Of a stretch of DNA of 59,248 bases, positions 10,216 through 19,171 are shown piece by piece. The notes under the pieces were generated by a model. It did not search any database and was not told where the DNA came from. It was given only the letters and a program-made list of their open reading frames with translations. The DNA is taken from the IMG/VR virus record IMGVR_UViG_3300029288_000091. The stretch is one strand, 5' to 3'. Positions within the stretch are counted from its first letter, which is position 1; each line of letters begins with the position of its first letter. A program made the translations under genes and the position numbers. This DNA is from an uncultured virus (IMG/VR IMGVR_UViG_3300029288_000091) (Duplodnaviria; Heunggongvirae; Uroviricota; Caudoviricetes).

Positions 10216-10982
10216 TTTTTTAATAAACCTCGAAACATATTCTTTAAAGACATTTAAATCACAGATGGCTTTTTTCATATTGTCATTCTTTAAAAAAGCT
10301 ATCTGTGATTTTCTGGCGCAAAATCCGCTTGGACTTCAATTAAATTATCAAAATTGAATGAGGCTATGGAAAAATATGGTCTATATGATAATCTTTCCTA
10401 TTACCTGGACAAGGACCCAAATATTTTATAATAGCCTCAAAATCAATATTATAATATATCTAGCACTGTTAATTTTACCACTTTCAGAATACAGCTTAAG
10501 CCCATACACATCTCTTTTTAAATCTTCTTTGAGTTTAAAAATTAATGTCCTCTTTTCTTCTTTATTTTACACGAATATTATGTTTATTTTTTATTATCTT
10601 TTATTTTTTTATAATACTCTGTACTATATTCTTTGGCGATCTTGTTTTTTCTAAATATTATTTTTATCTTTTGCGTATTTTTTTCTTTATTGTTTTTTAT
10701 AATATTTCTTTACCTAGTGCTTATCCTCTCTTTATTATTTTTATAGTACTCTCTGTTTTTTTAGAAATAATTTCTTTATTTTCTTCTCTTTTTTTTTCTT
10801 TAAAACTTCTCCGTTATTTTCTCTATATTTTTTAATTTTATTAACGTTATTATTATAATATTATTTTTTTGAGACAAAATTTCATCTTGCTTATTGTTGT
10901 ATATTTTTTTGTCATAGCATTTTTTACATAAATTTTTTACTAATTTCTCTTGTATGCCACAGGATTTACAATAAATTTCCAT
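10216..10982 (-). pseudogene. HNH-like homing endonuclease, heavily frameshifted
   Basis: CKSC...LCKKCY start, K/E/Y-rich repeats, YLGPCPGNRKDYHIDHIFP and FAPENH fragments. Confidence 0.7.
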
Positions 10983-11243
10983 AGCTATTACCTCTTCATA
11001 TCTTTATGAAAGTAATTAATAGTTTCTGGAATTTCTCACTTTTTCATTTATACTTTTGATAACATGTAGATTCTAATTAAACTCCGATAATATGTAGACC
11101 AATTAATTTAAAAATCCCAAACATAACAAGGATTATAAAGGATGTTAAAACTACACCAACTACCATCCAAAAAATAAACTTCTTCTTAGTTTTTGTTTTC
11201 TGTTCTTCTAAAAATAATTCCAAGTATGTTTTGTTTTCAACCA

Positions 11244-11540
11244 TTACTTCTCTCTTTTTGTTTGAGCTTTTGTTCTTGCTTTCTTTCCTCGAGACCTACG
11301 CATCTTTTTAAGAGCTTCTATATGTTCTCGTCGCTTCTTATCTGATGGCTTCTCGGCATATTTGCGATTTTTTAGTTCTGTTAAAATTCCATCCTTCGAT
11401 ATTTTATGTCTTAGGATTTTAATAGCCTCTTCCAAATCTCCATTCCTAACATCAACTTCAAGTGGCCTCAAGTGAGAATTAGGTACATTATTATTTTCTG
11501 TTTTCTTCCAAGCTGGTTTTCTTTGTTCCATATCAATCAC
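11244..11540 (-). CDS. rpsU: ribosomal protein bS21 homolog
   Basis: EVDVRNGDLEEAIKILRHKISKDGILTELKNRKYAEKPSDKKRRE matches the bS21 pattern. Confidence 0.85.
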   Translation of the reverse strand: MIDMEQRKPAWKKTENNNVPNSHLRPLEVDVRNGDLEEAIKILRHKISKDGILTELKNRKYAEKPSDKKRREHIEALKKMRRSRGKKARTKAQTKREK

Positions 11541-11595
11541 CCTTTAATCTTTTTAACATACAAAATATAATATTCTTTTTATTTCTGAAAATTTA

Positions 11596-12141
11596 TTAAA
11601 TTTCCCAGTCAATAATGTTTCTACCATGTTTACTATTATTACAAAAATTACAAGAAGGCAATAAATTATCTATTATATGAGGCCCGTCACGACAGAGTGG
11701 TATTAAGTGATCAACAGTTCTATTATCTTTTGTAATTTCTATTCTACAATAAAAGCATTTCCAATTATTCGAAAACATAATAAATAACCAATCATATTTA
11801 TTAATTTTCTGTTTTCAAATAGCCTCGTCGTTTTACATGAGTATTTATTTTACTGGCTTGTCCTTATGGCGTATTGTAATAATCTTTTTCGCTCTTTTAT
11901 TTTCCTCACGATATTTTTACATCTTGCTTTTGTTTTCTCTTTATTATCCTCGTAACAAATTCTATCCTTTTCATTTATTTTTTTCTTTATTTTCTTTATA
12001 GTATTCTTTTATTTTTACTTATTTTTTTCATAATACAACTTACATTTTTCTACAAGTATTTAGCTCCTTACCTTTTTTATTTATAAAATTTTCTATCACT
12101 AAATTTTGGCCGCATACTTTACATTTCTTTGTTCTATCATA
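11596..12141 (-). pseudogene. HNH endonuclease, frameshifted
   Basis: CFYC...TVDHLIPLCRDGPHIIDNLLPSCNFCNNSK; upstream MIEQRNV/CKVCG and basic fragments out of frame. Confidence 0.75.
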
Positions 12142-12207
12142 TTCCTATTAATTAAATATATAATAATTATCAGCAATATGATTATAAAAGAAATTTATAT
12201 CCTGTAT

Positions 12208-12564
12208 TTAAGTTTTTCCCATCTTCCTTATTTTCTTAATTAAGAAAATTGCAATTAAAAATCCTACAAAATTACTTATAGGATCACCAATACATTTATT
12301 AATTAATCCTTCAGTTCCTACATATGGAAACCAAGAAATATGAGCTACAATCCAATATTCACATACTTCCCATATAAAAGCAAGTGCTAAAACTGTAGCC
12401 CAAACATGTTTTTCAAAAACTGTATAAAAGATTAAAGTTAGAGCTATAAAAAATATTAAATGATATAAAGAGTATGGATCAAAAAGTGATCCACCACCCC
12501 CTCTACTCCACAACCAAGCTAAGTCCATTGACAGCCTCCTCATACAAATTTTTGAGACTGTCAT
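12208..12564 (-). CDS. hypothetical membrane protein
   Basis: Several TM segments, DPYSLYH, WEVCE, GD motifs. Confidence 0.65.
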   Translation of the reverse strand: MTVSKICMRRLSMDLAWLWSRGGGGSLFDPYSLYHLIFFIALTLIFYTVFEKHVWATVLALAFIWEVCEYWIVAHISWFPYVGTEGLINKCIGDPISNFVGFLIAIFLIKKIRKMGKT

Positions 12565-13846
12565 CTGGATATACTGGAGAATCTATAGTTTCTAATTTCA
12601 AGGAAGCCAACTGTGGATGTAAATTAACCATAGCGGCATTACAATATTTTCTAGAAATTTCTAAATTCACAACACAATTCTCAACTTTTTTACCATTCGA
12701 TATATGACAGTCAAGCAATGGTGATAGATATTCTGATTGTTGTATAGCATTTTCAAGAGATATTAAGTGAGACCAACCTCCATTTCTTTGATCTAAAAAA
12801 ATTTGCTTTTTCCCTGGAAACGTTGTTTTTCCTGGAGATAATTTAATTAATGGTCTATTTTCTGTGTGATCATATACAACTTTAAAAACTATTCCAAGAG
12901 AAGGTACATCAGTTGATAATACTAATTCTGTACCTACAGCAAATGTATCTATTGGTGCTCCTGAACATATTAGATCGTCAATACTATATTCGTTGAGATC
13001 TCCTGAAACAATTATTTTTGCTTTTTTAGCACCAGCCTTATCTAAAATATCTCTAACCGAACTAGATAATGTTTTAAAGTCTCCAGAATCTAATCTAACA
13101 CCATTAAGAGATGACACCTTAGCTGCATTTATAGCTCCAATAATAGTATCATATGTATCAATAAGTAAAGTTGGCGTTTTGAAAATATCTTGAAAATTTT
13201 GAAAAGCTTGTAATTCGTTTTTATGTGTCATTATCCACATGTGCGACATAGTTCCGGCAATTGGTATCTTGTATTTAATTGCCGCTTCTACATTAGAAGT
13301 TGCAGCAAATCCAGCAAGATAAGCTGAACGAGCTGCATTGATAGCGGCCTCATGATGTGTTCGTCTTGTCCCCAATTCAAGTACTGGCCTTCCTCTAGCA
13401 GCTAGAACAATCCTAGCTGCTTTAGAAGCGATTTTTACATCATGATTTAATATCGACAGAACAAATGTTTCTGCCATGTGTACATCTACCAATGTCCCAG
13501 TTATTTGTACTAAAGGCTCACCAGCAAAAGCGATCTCCCCTTCAGCAAGTGCCCACATACTACCAGAGAAGCGAAAATCTTCTAAAAATTTATCAAAGTT
13601 AGATGTTATAAAAATATTTTTAAGTGGTTGCAACTCCTTAAGCTGTTTTATATCTTCACGAGAAAATCTAAGATCAAGTAAAAAATTTCTTATTTCTTCG
13701 GTACCAGCCATAATTAAAAATTTTCTTTCTGGCGGTAATTTTCTTACAAATGCTTCACAGGTTACTATTTTCTTATATAAATTTTTGCGATATAAAGCCG
13801 CCAACATAGTAAGTTGATACAAATCTGTTTTTAAAGCAGTGCTCAT
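12503..13846 (-). CDS. pncB: nicotinate phosphoribosyltransferase
   Basis: TDLYQLTM, ELGTRR, GTMSH, LLIDTYD, GVRLDSGD, IIVSGDLNE, IKLSPGKTTFPGKKQ. Confidence 0.93.
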   Translation of the reverse strand: MSTALKTDLYQLTMLAALYRKNLYKKIVTCEAFVRKLPPERKFLIMAGTEEIRNFLLDLRFSREDIKQLKELQPLKNIFITSNFDKFLEDFRFSGSMWALAEGEIAFAGEPLVQITGTLVDVHMAETFVLSILNHDVKIASKAARIVLAARGRPVLELGTRRTHHEAAINAARSAYLAGFAATSNVEAAIKYKIPIAGTMSHMWIMTHKNELQAFQNFQDIFKTPTLLIDTYDTIIGAINAAKVSSLNGVRLDSGDFKTLSSSVRDILDKAGAKKAKIIVSGDLNEYSIDDLICSGAPIDTFAVGTELVLSTDVPSLGIVFKVVYDHTENRPLIKLSPGKTTFPGKKQIFLDQRNGGWSHLISLENAIQQSEYLSPLLDCHISNGKKVENCVVNLEISRKYCNAAMVNLHPQLASLKLETIDSPVYPDDSLKNLYEEAVNGLSLVVE

Positions 13847-13856
13847 TTATCACCTA

Positions 13857-14315
13857 TTAAAAATACCAGCTTGGATTATTGTTTTCTTTTTTACCAAAAA
13901 TTATATTTAAATCTCTTCTTGAAAATAAAATTTCCTGTATCATTCTAAAATATGCATGTTTACGACGTAAATATTCTTCTTCTGTTTTTATTGGATGACA
14001 TTTATATTCTCCTTCTTCTTGTGTACAAAGAGGCCGATTCTTTTCTGGAAGAAGCTTATACAATTCAATATTTATTATTCCACAATCAATAAGATTCTTA
14101 CGCTCATTTTTTGAATTTTCTTTAGTAGGCATTACGACATTGCCATCTCTACGAATAATAAATTCCGAGTTATCTGCTGGTGTAATTATACCAAATTCTA
14201 TAAGTTGTTTCCTTCTATCAATACATTCTTGATCTGATGCAAACAAAATTTCTTCATTTGTGTTTACTATTTTTGCCATTTTATTATTTCTCCCAATATC
14301 TTTTTCTTTGTTCAT
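13857..14315 (-). CDS. hypothetical protein
   Basis: ORF with internal repeat RKxLIxxGII; likely start at 14279. Confidence 0.6.
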   Translation of the reverse strand: MNKEKDIGRNNKMAKIVNTNEEILFASDQECIDRRKQLIEFGIITPADNSEFIIRRDGNVVMPTKENSKNERKNLIDCGIINIELYKLLPEKNRPLCTQEEGEYKCHPIKTEEEYLRRKHAYFRMIQEILFSRRDLNIIFGKKENNNPSWYF

Positions 14316-15183
14316 TTATCACGGCAAGATTATCGGACGTATTTAGTTTAGTTGTAAAAGAATTATCAATACTAAATTCTACGCCGTGAGATTTAAGACC
14401 CTCTCCAATTAATAACTTTTGTATATAATTTAGAGCAATTGTTGCAGCAGTTACATTTGTTTGTATATTTTGAGGTGCTGAAATAGCGCGCTCTGCACAG
14501 CTTAGAGAAGAATTAAATTTGCTTTCGCCAGATATAATTTCTGGATAACACTCAGCAACACATGGCAAACTAAATTCTCCAGCCACACCAGTTTTTGGGT
14601 TTGCTTGAATGGCACAATCTAGAATCCTAGAAGGAGCATAACCACAAATAACCTGTCCCGCCCTCTCCTCATTTCCACAATCTATCCAGAATCTTGAACG
14701 ATAAGAGTAATGGTCATTCGTACTACTAAACCAGTCATAGATAAGCTTCCTGGTTGCATTATTATCTACGCAACCAACAATAAGATCCGAAGCTTTATTT
14801 CTCTTTCTATTTTCTCCCATAAATGCCAAGTCTTCTAAATTCTCAATATCTTTTGGAATTACACATATCTCTATACCGAAAGCATTAGAATATCTCTCAG
14901 CTAGAACTGTAGCTTTATTCTTTGATATATCAGAATTTACGAAGTGCTGACGAGCTAAGTTTTTAATTTCAACAATATCTCCATCAGCAAGGAATAAAGA
15001 AATTTGCTCTTCTTTTCTTGTCTTTTGATTAAGCACACTTATGAATCTCGATAGGTGTGCGGCCACATATGCCCCTGTTCCACCACAACCCATAATCAAA
15101 ACATTTTCAACTTTTGGATATTCAGCAAATTCTGTGAATAATGGAAGCTTTGTTTTAGTCATTAGAACCTCGTTTTTCTCCAA
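14284..15183 (-). CDS. ThiF/E1-like ubiquitin-activating enzyme (PRTRC ThiF-like)
   Basis: IMGCGGTG, DGDIVEIKNLARQ, NKA, IVGCVDNNATR, WIDCGNE, LSCAE candidate catalytic Cys. Confidence 0.92.
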   Translation of the reverse strand: MEKNEVLMTKTKLPLFTEFAEYPKVENVLIMGCGGTGAYVAAHLSRFISVLNQKTRKEEQISLFLADGDIVEIKNLARQHFVNSDISKNKATVLAERYSNAFGIEICVIPKDIENLEDLAFMGENRKRNKASDLIVGCVDNNATRKLIYDWFSSTNDHYSYRSRFWIDCGNEERAGQVICGYAPSRILDCAIQANPKTGVAGEFSLPCVAECYPEIISGESKFNSSLSCAERAISAPQNIQTNVTAATIALNYIQKLLIGEGLKSHGVEFSIDNSFTTKLNTSDNLAVINEQRKRYWEK

Positions 15184-16286
15184 TCATATGGGTCGAAATT
15201 CTCTCCACAAAACTTTTCAGTTTGTTTGTGCTCGGGTTTTTCTTCCTCAATTTCATCTTCTACAAGGTATCGTTTTCCATCTACAATATACCAAAGGTCG
15301 TCTCCCTCTTGTACATAATATCCATTAGAAAGATCACTACCTGAAGATTCTTCGGTCTCTTTAAAACATTCATATTGAGAATACAGATGGTCTTGATTTT
15401 CAAACTGAGATACTAAGTCCATCATTTTTGGATCCTCATTTCCCCATAATTCAATTTGCCTATCTCTCCTAAAATGTTGTCCACTAGTTCTTACTATCTG
15501 GACCTTCGCCTTCTTAATTCTCTCAGCCCAATCTTTTGGATATGTTTCCGCATGATACATTTCTTCATCTAGATCAAAAAGGTCTTCTACGCTTACATCT
15601 ACTTTATTTCCACCAATAGAAACCCTAATTTTAAGATCTGGAAAATAATTGCTAATATTACCAACTACACCAAAGAATCGATCAGCCTTCTCGTCACCAT
15701 CATCTGTACTAGAAAAGAAGGCCCCCATATTGCCGTGGCTATGTATCTCAAATACAAGTATTTTATTTTGATCTGAAAACATTTCATCATTGTCATACTT
15801 AACAGATGCACCACCTACGGTCTGTTTCGGACAATGAATAATATATTCATTATTTTCAGTATTCCAATAAAATTGTAAAAACACTTCGCTAGAGTGTTCT
15901 GCATAAATTCTACGGAAAAACGACACAGTAGTTCCTAAAAGCGATGCAGGAATTTTTGGAACATTAAGTTGCCAACCTTCATTTAAATTTTGTTCAAGCC
16001 CAGGAATATTTACCTTTGCAATTCTAGTTGTAAATGTTCCAAGTTTATTAATTCTCTGCTCATACAGACCATCTCCCTGCATAATATAAATAACTTTCTT
16101 AGAACAACTTTCAGGGACTTTTTCAATAAAGTGACCAACCATAAGTTTTTGTAGAGCGATTTTTTGCTTTGGATCCATAGGTGGCTCTGCTGGTTTACTA
16201 CGTGGCGAACCCATGAAATACTGGTGGCTATCGAAATTACCTTTCATTTGCGGTCTCTGAACGTAAAAGCTTTTTCTTTTGCCCAT
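15162..16286 (-). CDS. JAB/MPN metallopeptidase (PRTRC protein A-like)
   Basis: Upstream Glu in SSEVFLQFYW; EIHSHGNMGAFFSSTDDGDE = HxH-x7-S-x2-D; acidic C-terminal tail. Confidence 0.92.
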   Translation of the reverse strand: MGKRKSFYVQRPQMKGNFDSHQYFMGSPRSKPAEPPMDPKQKIALQKLMVGHFIEKVPESCSKKVIYIMQGDGLYEQRINKLGTFTTRIAKVNIPGLEQNLNEGWQLNVPKIPASLLGTTVSFFRRIYAEHSSEVFLQFYWNTENNEYIIHCPKQTVGGASVKYDNDEMFSDQNKILVFEIHSHGNMGAFFSSTDDGDEKADRFFGVVGNISNYFPDLKIRVSIGGNKVDVSVEDLFDLDEEMYHAETYPKDWAERIKKAKVQIVRTSGQHFRRDRQIELWGNEDPKMMDLVSQFENQDHLYSQYECFKETEESSGSDLSNGYYVQEGDDLWYIVDGKRYLVEDEIEEEKPEHKQTEKFCGENFDPYDWRKTRF

Positions 16287-16290
16287 TTGT

Positions 16291-16974
16291 TTACTCTTTT
16301 TCCTTTACAATTTGTTTAAAAGTTAATCCGTTGGAGCGCAGCATTTCTATTGGAAATTCCTGCAAAGTTTTAACATGACTAATTAAAGTCCAAAAATCAA
16401 AGATATCTACGCCTTTAGGCGCAACAAAATTAGAACCAGCTAAGTCTCCATTAAATTGTGAACCAAGGAATAAATTAATAACACTAACTAAATCCATTGG
16501 TTTTGAAATTTTTGGTAGGGAAACACCACCCCAGCATACACGGCCATCATTATAAACATTGCTAAATGGGAAACAAAACAAGCCATCGTTTTCAGATTGT
16601 AATGGATATTTCAAAGCATTAATTCTAAGATCATATATCTTGCCATCTTTAATACTAAAATAAAATAAACAAGTGGGATAAGGAACTTGTATAACTTCAT
16701 TTATTCTTTTAGTACCAGCAGAATTATATTTAGATAGAGTAAGATCTCTTATCTTAGCTGGTACTTCTACAGCCATACTAAAATTTACATTTGATCCTTT
16801 ATAAAATCTAGTACCCAGTGGCATTAAGCCTGTTGCCAATTTGTAATCAGAAACAAGAGTTGCAACCAAATCTTCTATGTCAACACTTTTCTTTCTAATA
16901 AGACCATTTGGATCCACAATAGTCAAGTTTGCATTTGGACTATCTTCTGGAATTTTAATTATCAACTCACACAT
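16291..16974 (-). CDS. prokaryotic E2-like conjugating enzyme (PRTRC protein B-like)
   Basis: GLMP, VPYPTCLFY, FPFSNVYNDGRVCWG with conserved Cys, FLGSQFNGDL. Confidence 0.87.
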   Translation of the reverse strand: MCELIIKIPEDSPNANLTIVDPNGLIRKKSVDIEDLVATLVSDYKLATGLMPLGTRFYKGSNVNFSMAVEVPAKIRDLTLSKYNSAGTKRINEVIQVPYPTCLFYFSIKDGKIYDLRINALKYPLQSENDGLFCFPFSNVYNDGRVCWGGVSLPKISKPMDLVSVINLFLGSQFNGDLAGSNFVAPKGVDIFDFWTLISHVKTLQEFPIEMLRSNGLTFKQIVKEKE

Positions 16975-17750
16975 TTGTTGTCCTTATAAATCTCCAAAGC
17001 CGAGTTAAATAGGCCCTGTGCGCCTTGTAACTTGGACTGTTTCTCTTTTTCAATTTGCCCTTCGAGTCTCTTTAGTTCCTCGTTTTTTTTATTATAAACA
17101 ATATCCTGATTAGTTTTTTCTTGTTCGAGCCGCAATCTTTCTGCACATTTTCTTTCTTGTTTTAGTCGTAAAGCCTCTACTTCTCGTTCTTTCTGTCTGC
17201 CCTCTTCGACGTTAAAAAATTCAGATAAGTATTGAATATTTTCATCCCATATGCGCTTATATTCTACACAAGACTTTGCACAATTATAAAATGTTTCTCT
17301 CGGCCTACGCGTCATTATTCCATATTCTCTTAGAACATTATACCTACTATTATTATCACTACTTATAACAGAAACTTTTATTTCATATGGTAAATTCGGA
17401 TAAACAAAGCCGTTTAAATTTTGTCGTATAATGTCAAATCTTCTCATAGCTTCCTTACCTTCTTTACCTGCATTATCGAAGTAGCTTCTTGGACGAGATC
17501 TAAGAACTAATAATAATTTGCTGATATCTTTTGGAATAGTTATATAGTAACAAATACTGTTGCTTTCAATATCATAATTTGGAAATAATTCTTTAATAAG
17601 TTTTCTAATTAATCTCTTACCAGCACTTATCTGATAACTGCTTTCATATTCATTGGGCATCTTGCACTTTCGTTTTACAATACCCATGTTTTTACAAAGT
17701 CGGAATAATCTCAAAAAATCTATTTGTCTATACTGTAAAGTTTTATCCAT
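16962..17750 (-). CDS. hypothetical protein with C-terminal coiled coil
   Basis: 262 aa ORF overlapping the E2 start. Confidence 0.7.
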   Translation of the reverse strand: MDKTLQYRQIDFLRLFRLCKNMGIVKRKCKMPNEYESSYQISAGKRLIRKLIKELFPNYDIESNSICYYITIPKDISKLLLVLRSRPRSYFDNAGKEGKEAMRRFDIIRQNLNGFVYPNLPYEIKVSVISSDNNSRYNVLREYGIMTRRPRETFYNCAKSCVEYKRIWDENIQYLSEFFNVEEGRQKEREVEALRLKQERKCAERLRLEQEKTNQDIVYNKKNEELKRLEGQIEKEKQSKLQGAQGLFNSALEIYKDNKCVS

Positions 17751-17760
17751 TTTAGTTTTC

Positions 17761-18015
17761 TCAAATAAATGTGGGTTTGTTTGATTCAGAAGCTTTTATT
17801 TTTTTCAATGTATCTATAAATTTCAATAGCTTTGACATCCGTGATTCAAGACGATCCATTTCATCCTCTAAAGCTTCGAGTTGTATATCTGTTGCGAAAT
17901 CATCATCAAAGTCCATAGGGTTTTTGATCGCCATAATTTTATTTAGTAATTCTTGTGCTTCTATATTAAAGTCGGTGCTCTCTGGAACATTCTCAAATAT
18001 TTGATCTATTTTCAT
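17761..18015 (-). CDS. small acidic coiled-coil hypothetical protein
   Basis: 84 aa ORF with GAGG RBS. Confidence 0.65.
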   Translation of the reverse strand: MKIDQIFENVPESTDFNIEAQELLNKIMAIKNPMDFDDDFATDIQLEALEDEMDRLESRMSKLLKFIDTLKKIKASESNKPTFI

Positions 18016-18026
18016 TTTTTATCCTC

Positions 18027-18063
18027 AAAAAAATGGGGAGCCACCCAAAATGGGTGGCTCCCC
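18027..18063 (-). terminator. intrinsic terminator after the Ubl genes
   Basis: 13 bp stem ggggagccaccca / tgggtggctcccc followed by a T tract on the minus strand. Confidence 0.88.
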
Positions 18064-18083
18064 TAAAGATTATTTAATTTTAA

Positions 18084-18263
18084 TTAATCCTCAATTGAGG
18101 ATTGTACTATAAACTCAACCGTACCGTCCTTGCGCTCAACTGCTTTGGCATTAACTAAAGATGGATATATTTCCATCCAAATTTTGCGAACATCTTCGTT
18201 AGACATGTTCATAGGAGCTGTTATAGTTGCACCAGCATAACGATACGTTTTAGTTTTAGCCAT
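18084..18263 (-). CDS. ubiquitin-like protein paralog lacking C-terminal Gly (59 aa, not in ORF track)
   Basis: MAKTKTYRYAGATITAPMNMSNEDVRKIWMEIYPSLVNAKAVERKDGTVEFIVQSSIED aligns without gaps to the di-Ubl unit. Confidence 0.85.
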   Translation of the reverse strand: MAKTKTYRYAGATITAPMNMSNEDVRKIWMEIYPSLVNAKAVERKDGTVEFIVQSSIED

Positions 18264-18265
18264 GA

Positions 18266-18616
18266 TTAGACGCCCTTAGTCCCAGCCCTTACTTGGAAAT
18301 TAACACTGCCATCCTCAAGCTGAACAGCCTCGGCATTGGCAAGAGATGGGTGAACAGCCTCCCAGACTTGGCGAACTTGATCGATACTGAGATCCTCTGG
18401 CGCAGTAATAACTTCCTCACCAAAACGATAAGTACGTTCGGCGCCCTTGGTACCAGCCCTTACTTGGAAGTTCACACTTCCATCCTCAAGTTGAATAGCT
18501 TCAGCATTGGCAAGCGATGGATGGACAGCTTCCCAAACCTGACGAACCTGATCAATACTAAGATCCTCGGGAGCAGTAATAACTTCCTCACCAAAACGAT
18601 AAGTTCTCTCTGACAT
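18266..18616 (-). CDS. tandem di-ubiquitin-like precursor (PRTRC protein C-like), 2 x 57 aa plus Val
   Basis: Two near-identical units each ending RAGTKG; HPSLANA resembles the YPEL.NA motif and GTKG terminus of PRTRC protein C. Confidence 0.88.
   Translation of the reverse strand: MSERTYRFGEEVITAPEDLSIDQVRQVWEAVHPSLANAEAIQLEDGSVNFQVRAGTKGAERTYRFGEEVITAPEDLSIDQVRQVWEAVHPSLANAEAVQLEDGSVNFQVRAGTKGV
18272..18613 (-). repeat. 171 bp tandem direct repeat, two copies
   Basis: 18443-18613 and 18272-18442; about 20 synonymous versus 2 amino-acid differences. Confidence 0.95.
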
Positions 18617-18639
18617 GGTATTTTCTCCTTTTCCGTTAA

Positions 18640-19149
18640 TTACTTTCTATTAAGTTTCTCTAGAATTTCAACTGCGCGATCAAAACCAACCTCATCAACG
18701 GTAGCCTTAAGAGCAGCAATATGACGAGTACTTACAGCCTGTGGCTCCTGACGAGGCAACCTCTTAAGAACCTCTTCTACCGCCTTGTTTACAGCGTCTT
18801 GAATAGTTTTCTTAATATCTACTCCACCACAACACCCATCATCATCATAATCTTGGTCCTGGTCATAATCATAGTCTTCGCTATAATCCTCTTCCTCAAG
18901 CTTTTCTAAATCCTCCATAGCTTGTGCTACAGCAGTTCCGAGAGCATCTTCCATGCTCTCATGACTAATAACACCACGGACTTGGCCATCATCCATTTCT
19001 ACTCTAGCGGCATAAACTTCGGGATCATCACAGCATTCACCACAACCGCAACAACCACCTTCCAACGGTACTATAGCTGTAGTTACAACCAACTTCTCGC
19101 GGGTTGTTCCATTGAGGTCAGACATCAATACATTAAAATCACGTCGCAT
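18640..19149 (-). CDS. acidic Cys-cluster hypothetical protein
   Basis: GCCGCGECCD and GCCGG, D/E/Y-rich tract, strong AAGGAG RBS. Confidence 0.8.
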   Translation of the reverse strand: MRRDFNVLMSDLNGTTREKLVVTTAIVPLEGGCCGCGECCDDPEVYAARVEMDDGQVRGVISHESMEDALGTAVAQAMEDLEKLEEEDYSEDYDYDQDQDYDDDGCCGGVDIKKTIQDAVNKAVEEVLKRLPRQEPQAVSTRHIAALKATVDEVGFDRAVEILEKLNRK

Positions 19150-19171
19150 TTTCTTTCTCCTTCTTTGTTAG

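Noticed and set aside
10216..10278. First 21 residues of the ligase ORF as listed in the track
   Set aside because: They look like the tail of the upstream broken HNH gene; MREFRKY at 10215 is the more plausible start.
11016..11039. Orphaned 5' end of the DNA ligase (VRNSRNY versus MREFRKY) upstream of the HNH remnant
   Set aside because: Position fits the pattern seen elsewhere, but only 3-4 of 7 residues match and there is no clear RBS; too weak to claim.
14284..15183. ThiF/MoeB for thiamine or molybdopterin biosynthesis
   Set aside because: No pathway genes nearby, no CxxC zinc motifs, and direct linkage to E2 and JAB genes.
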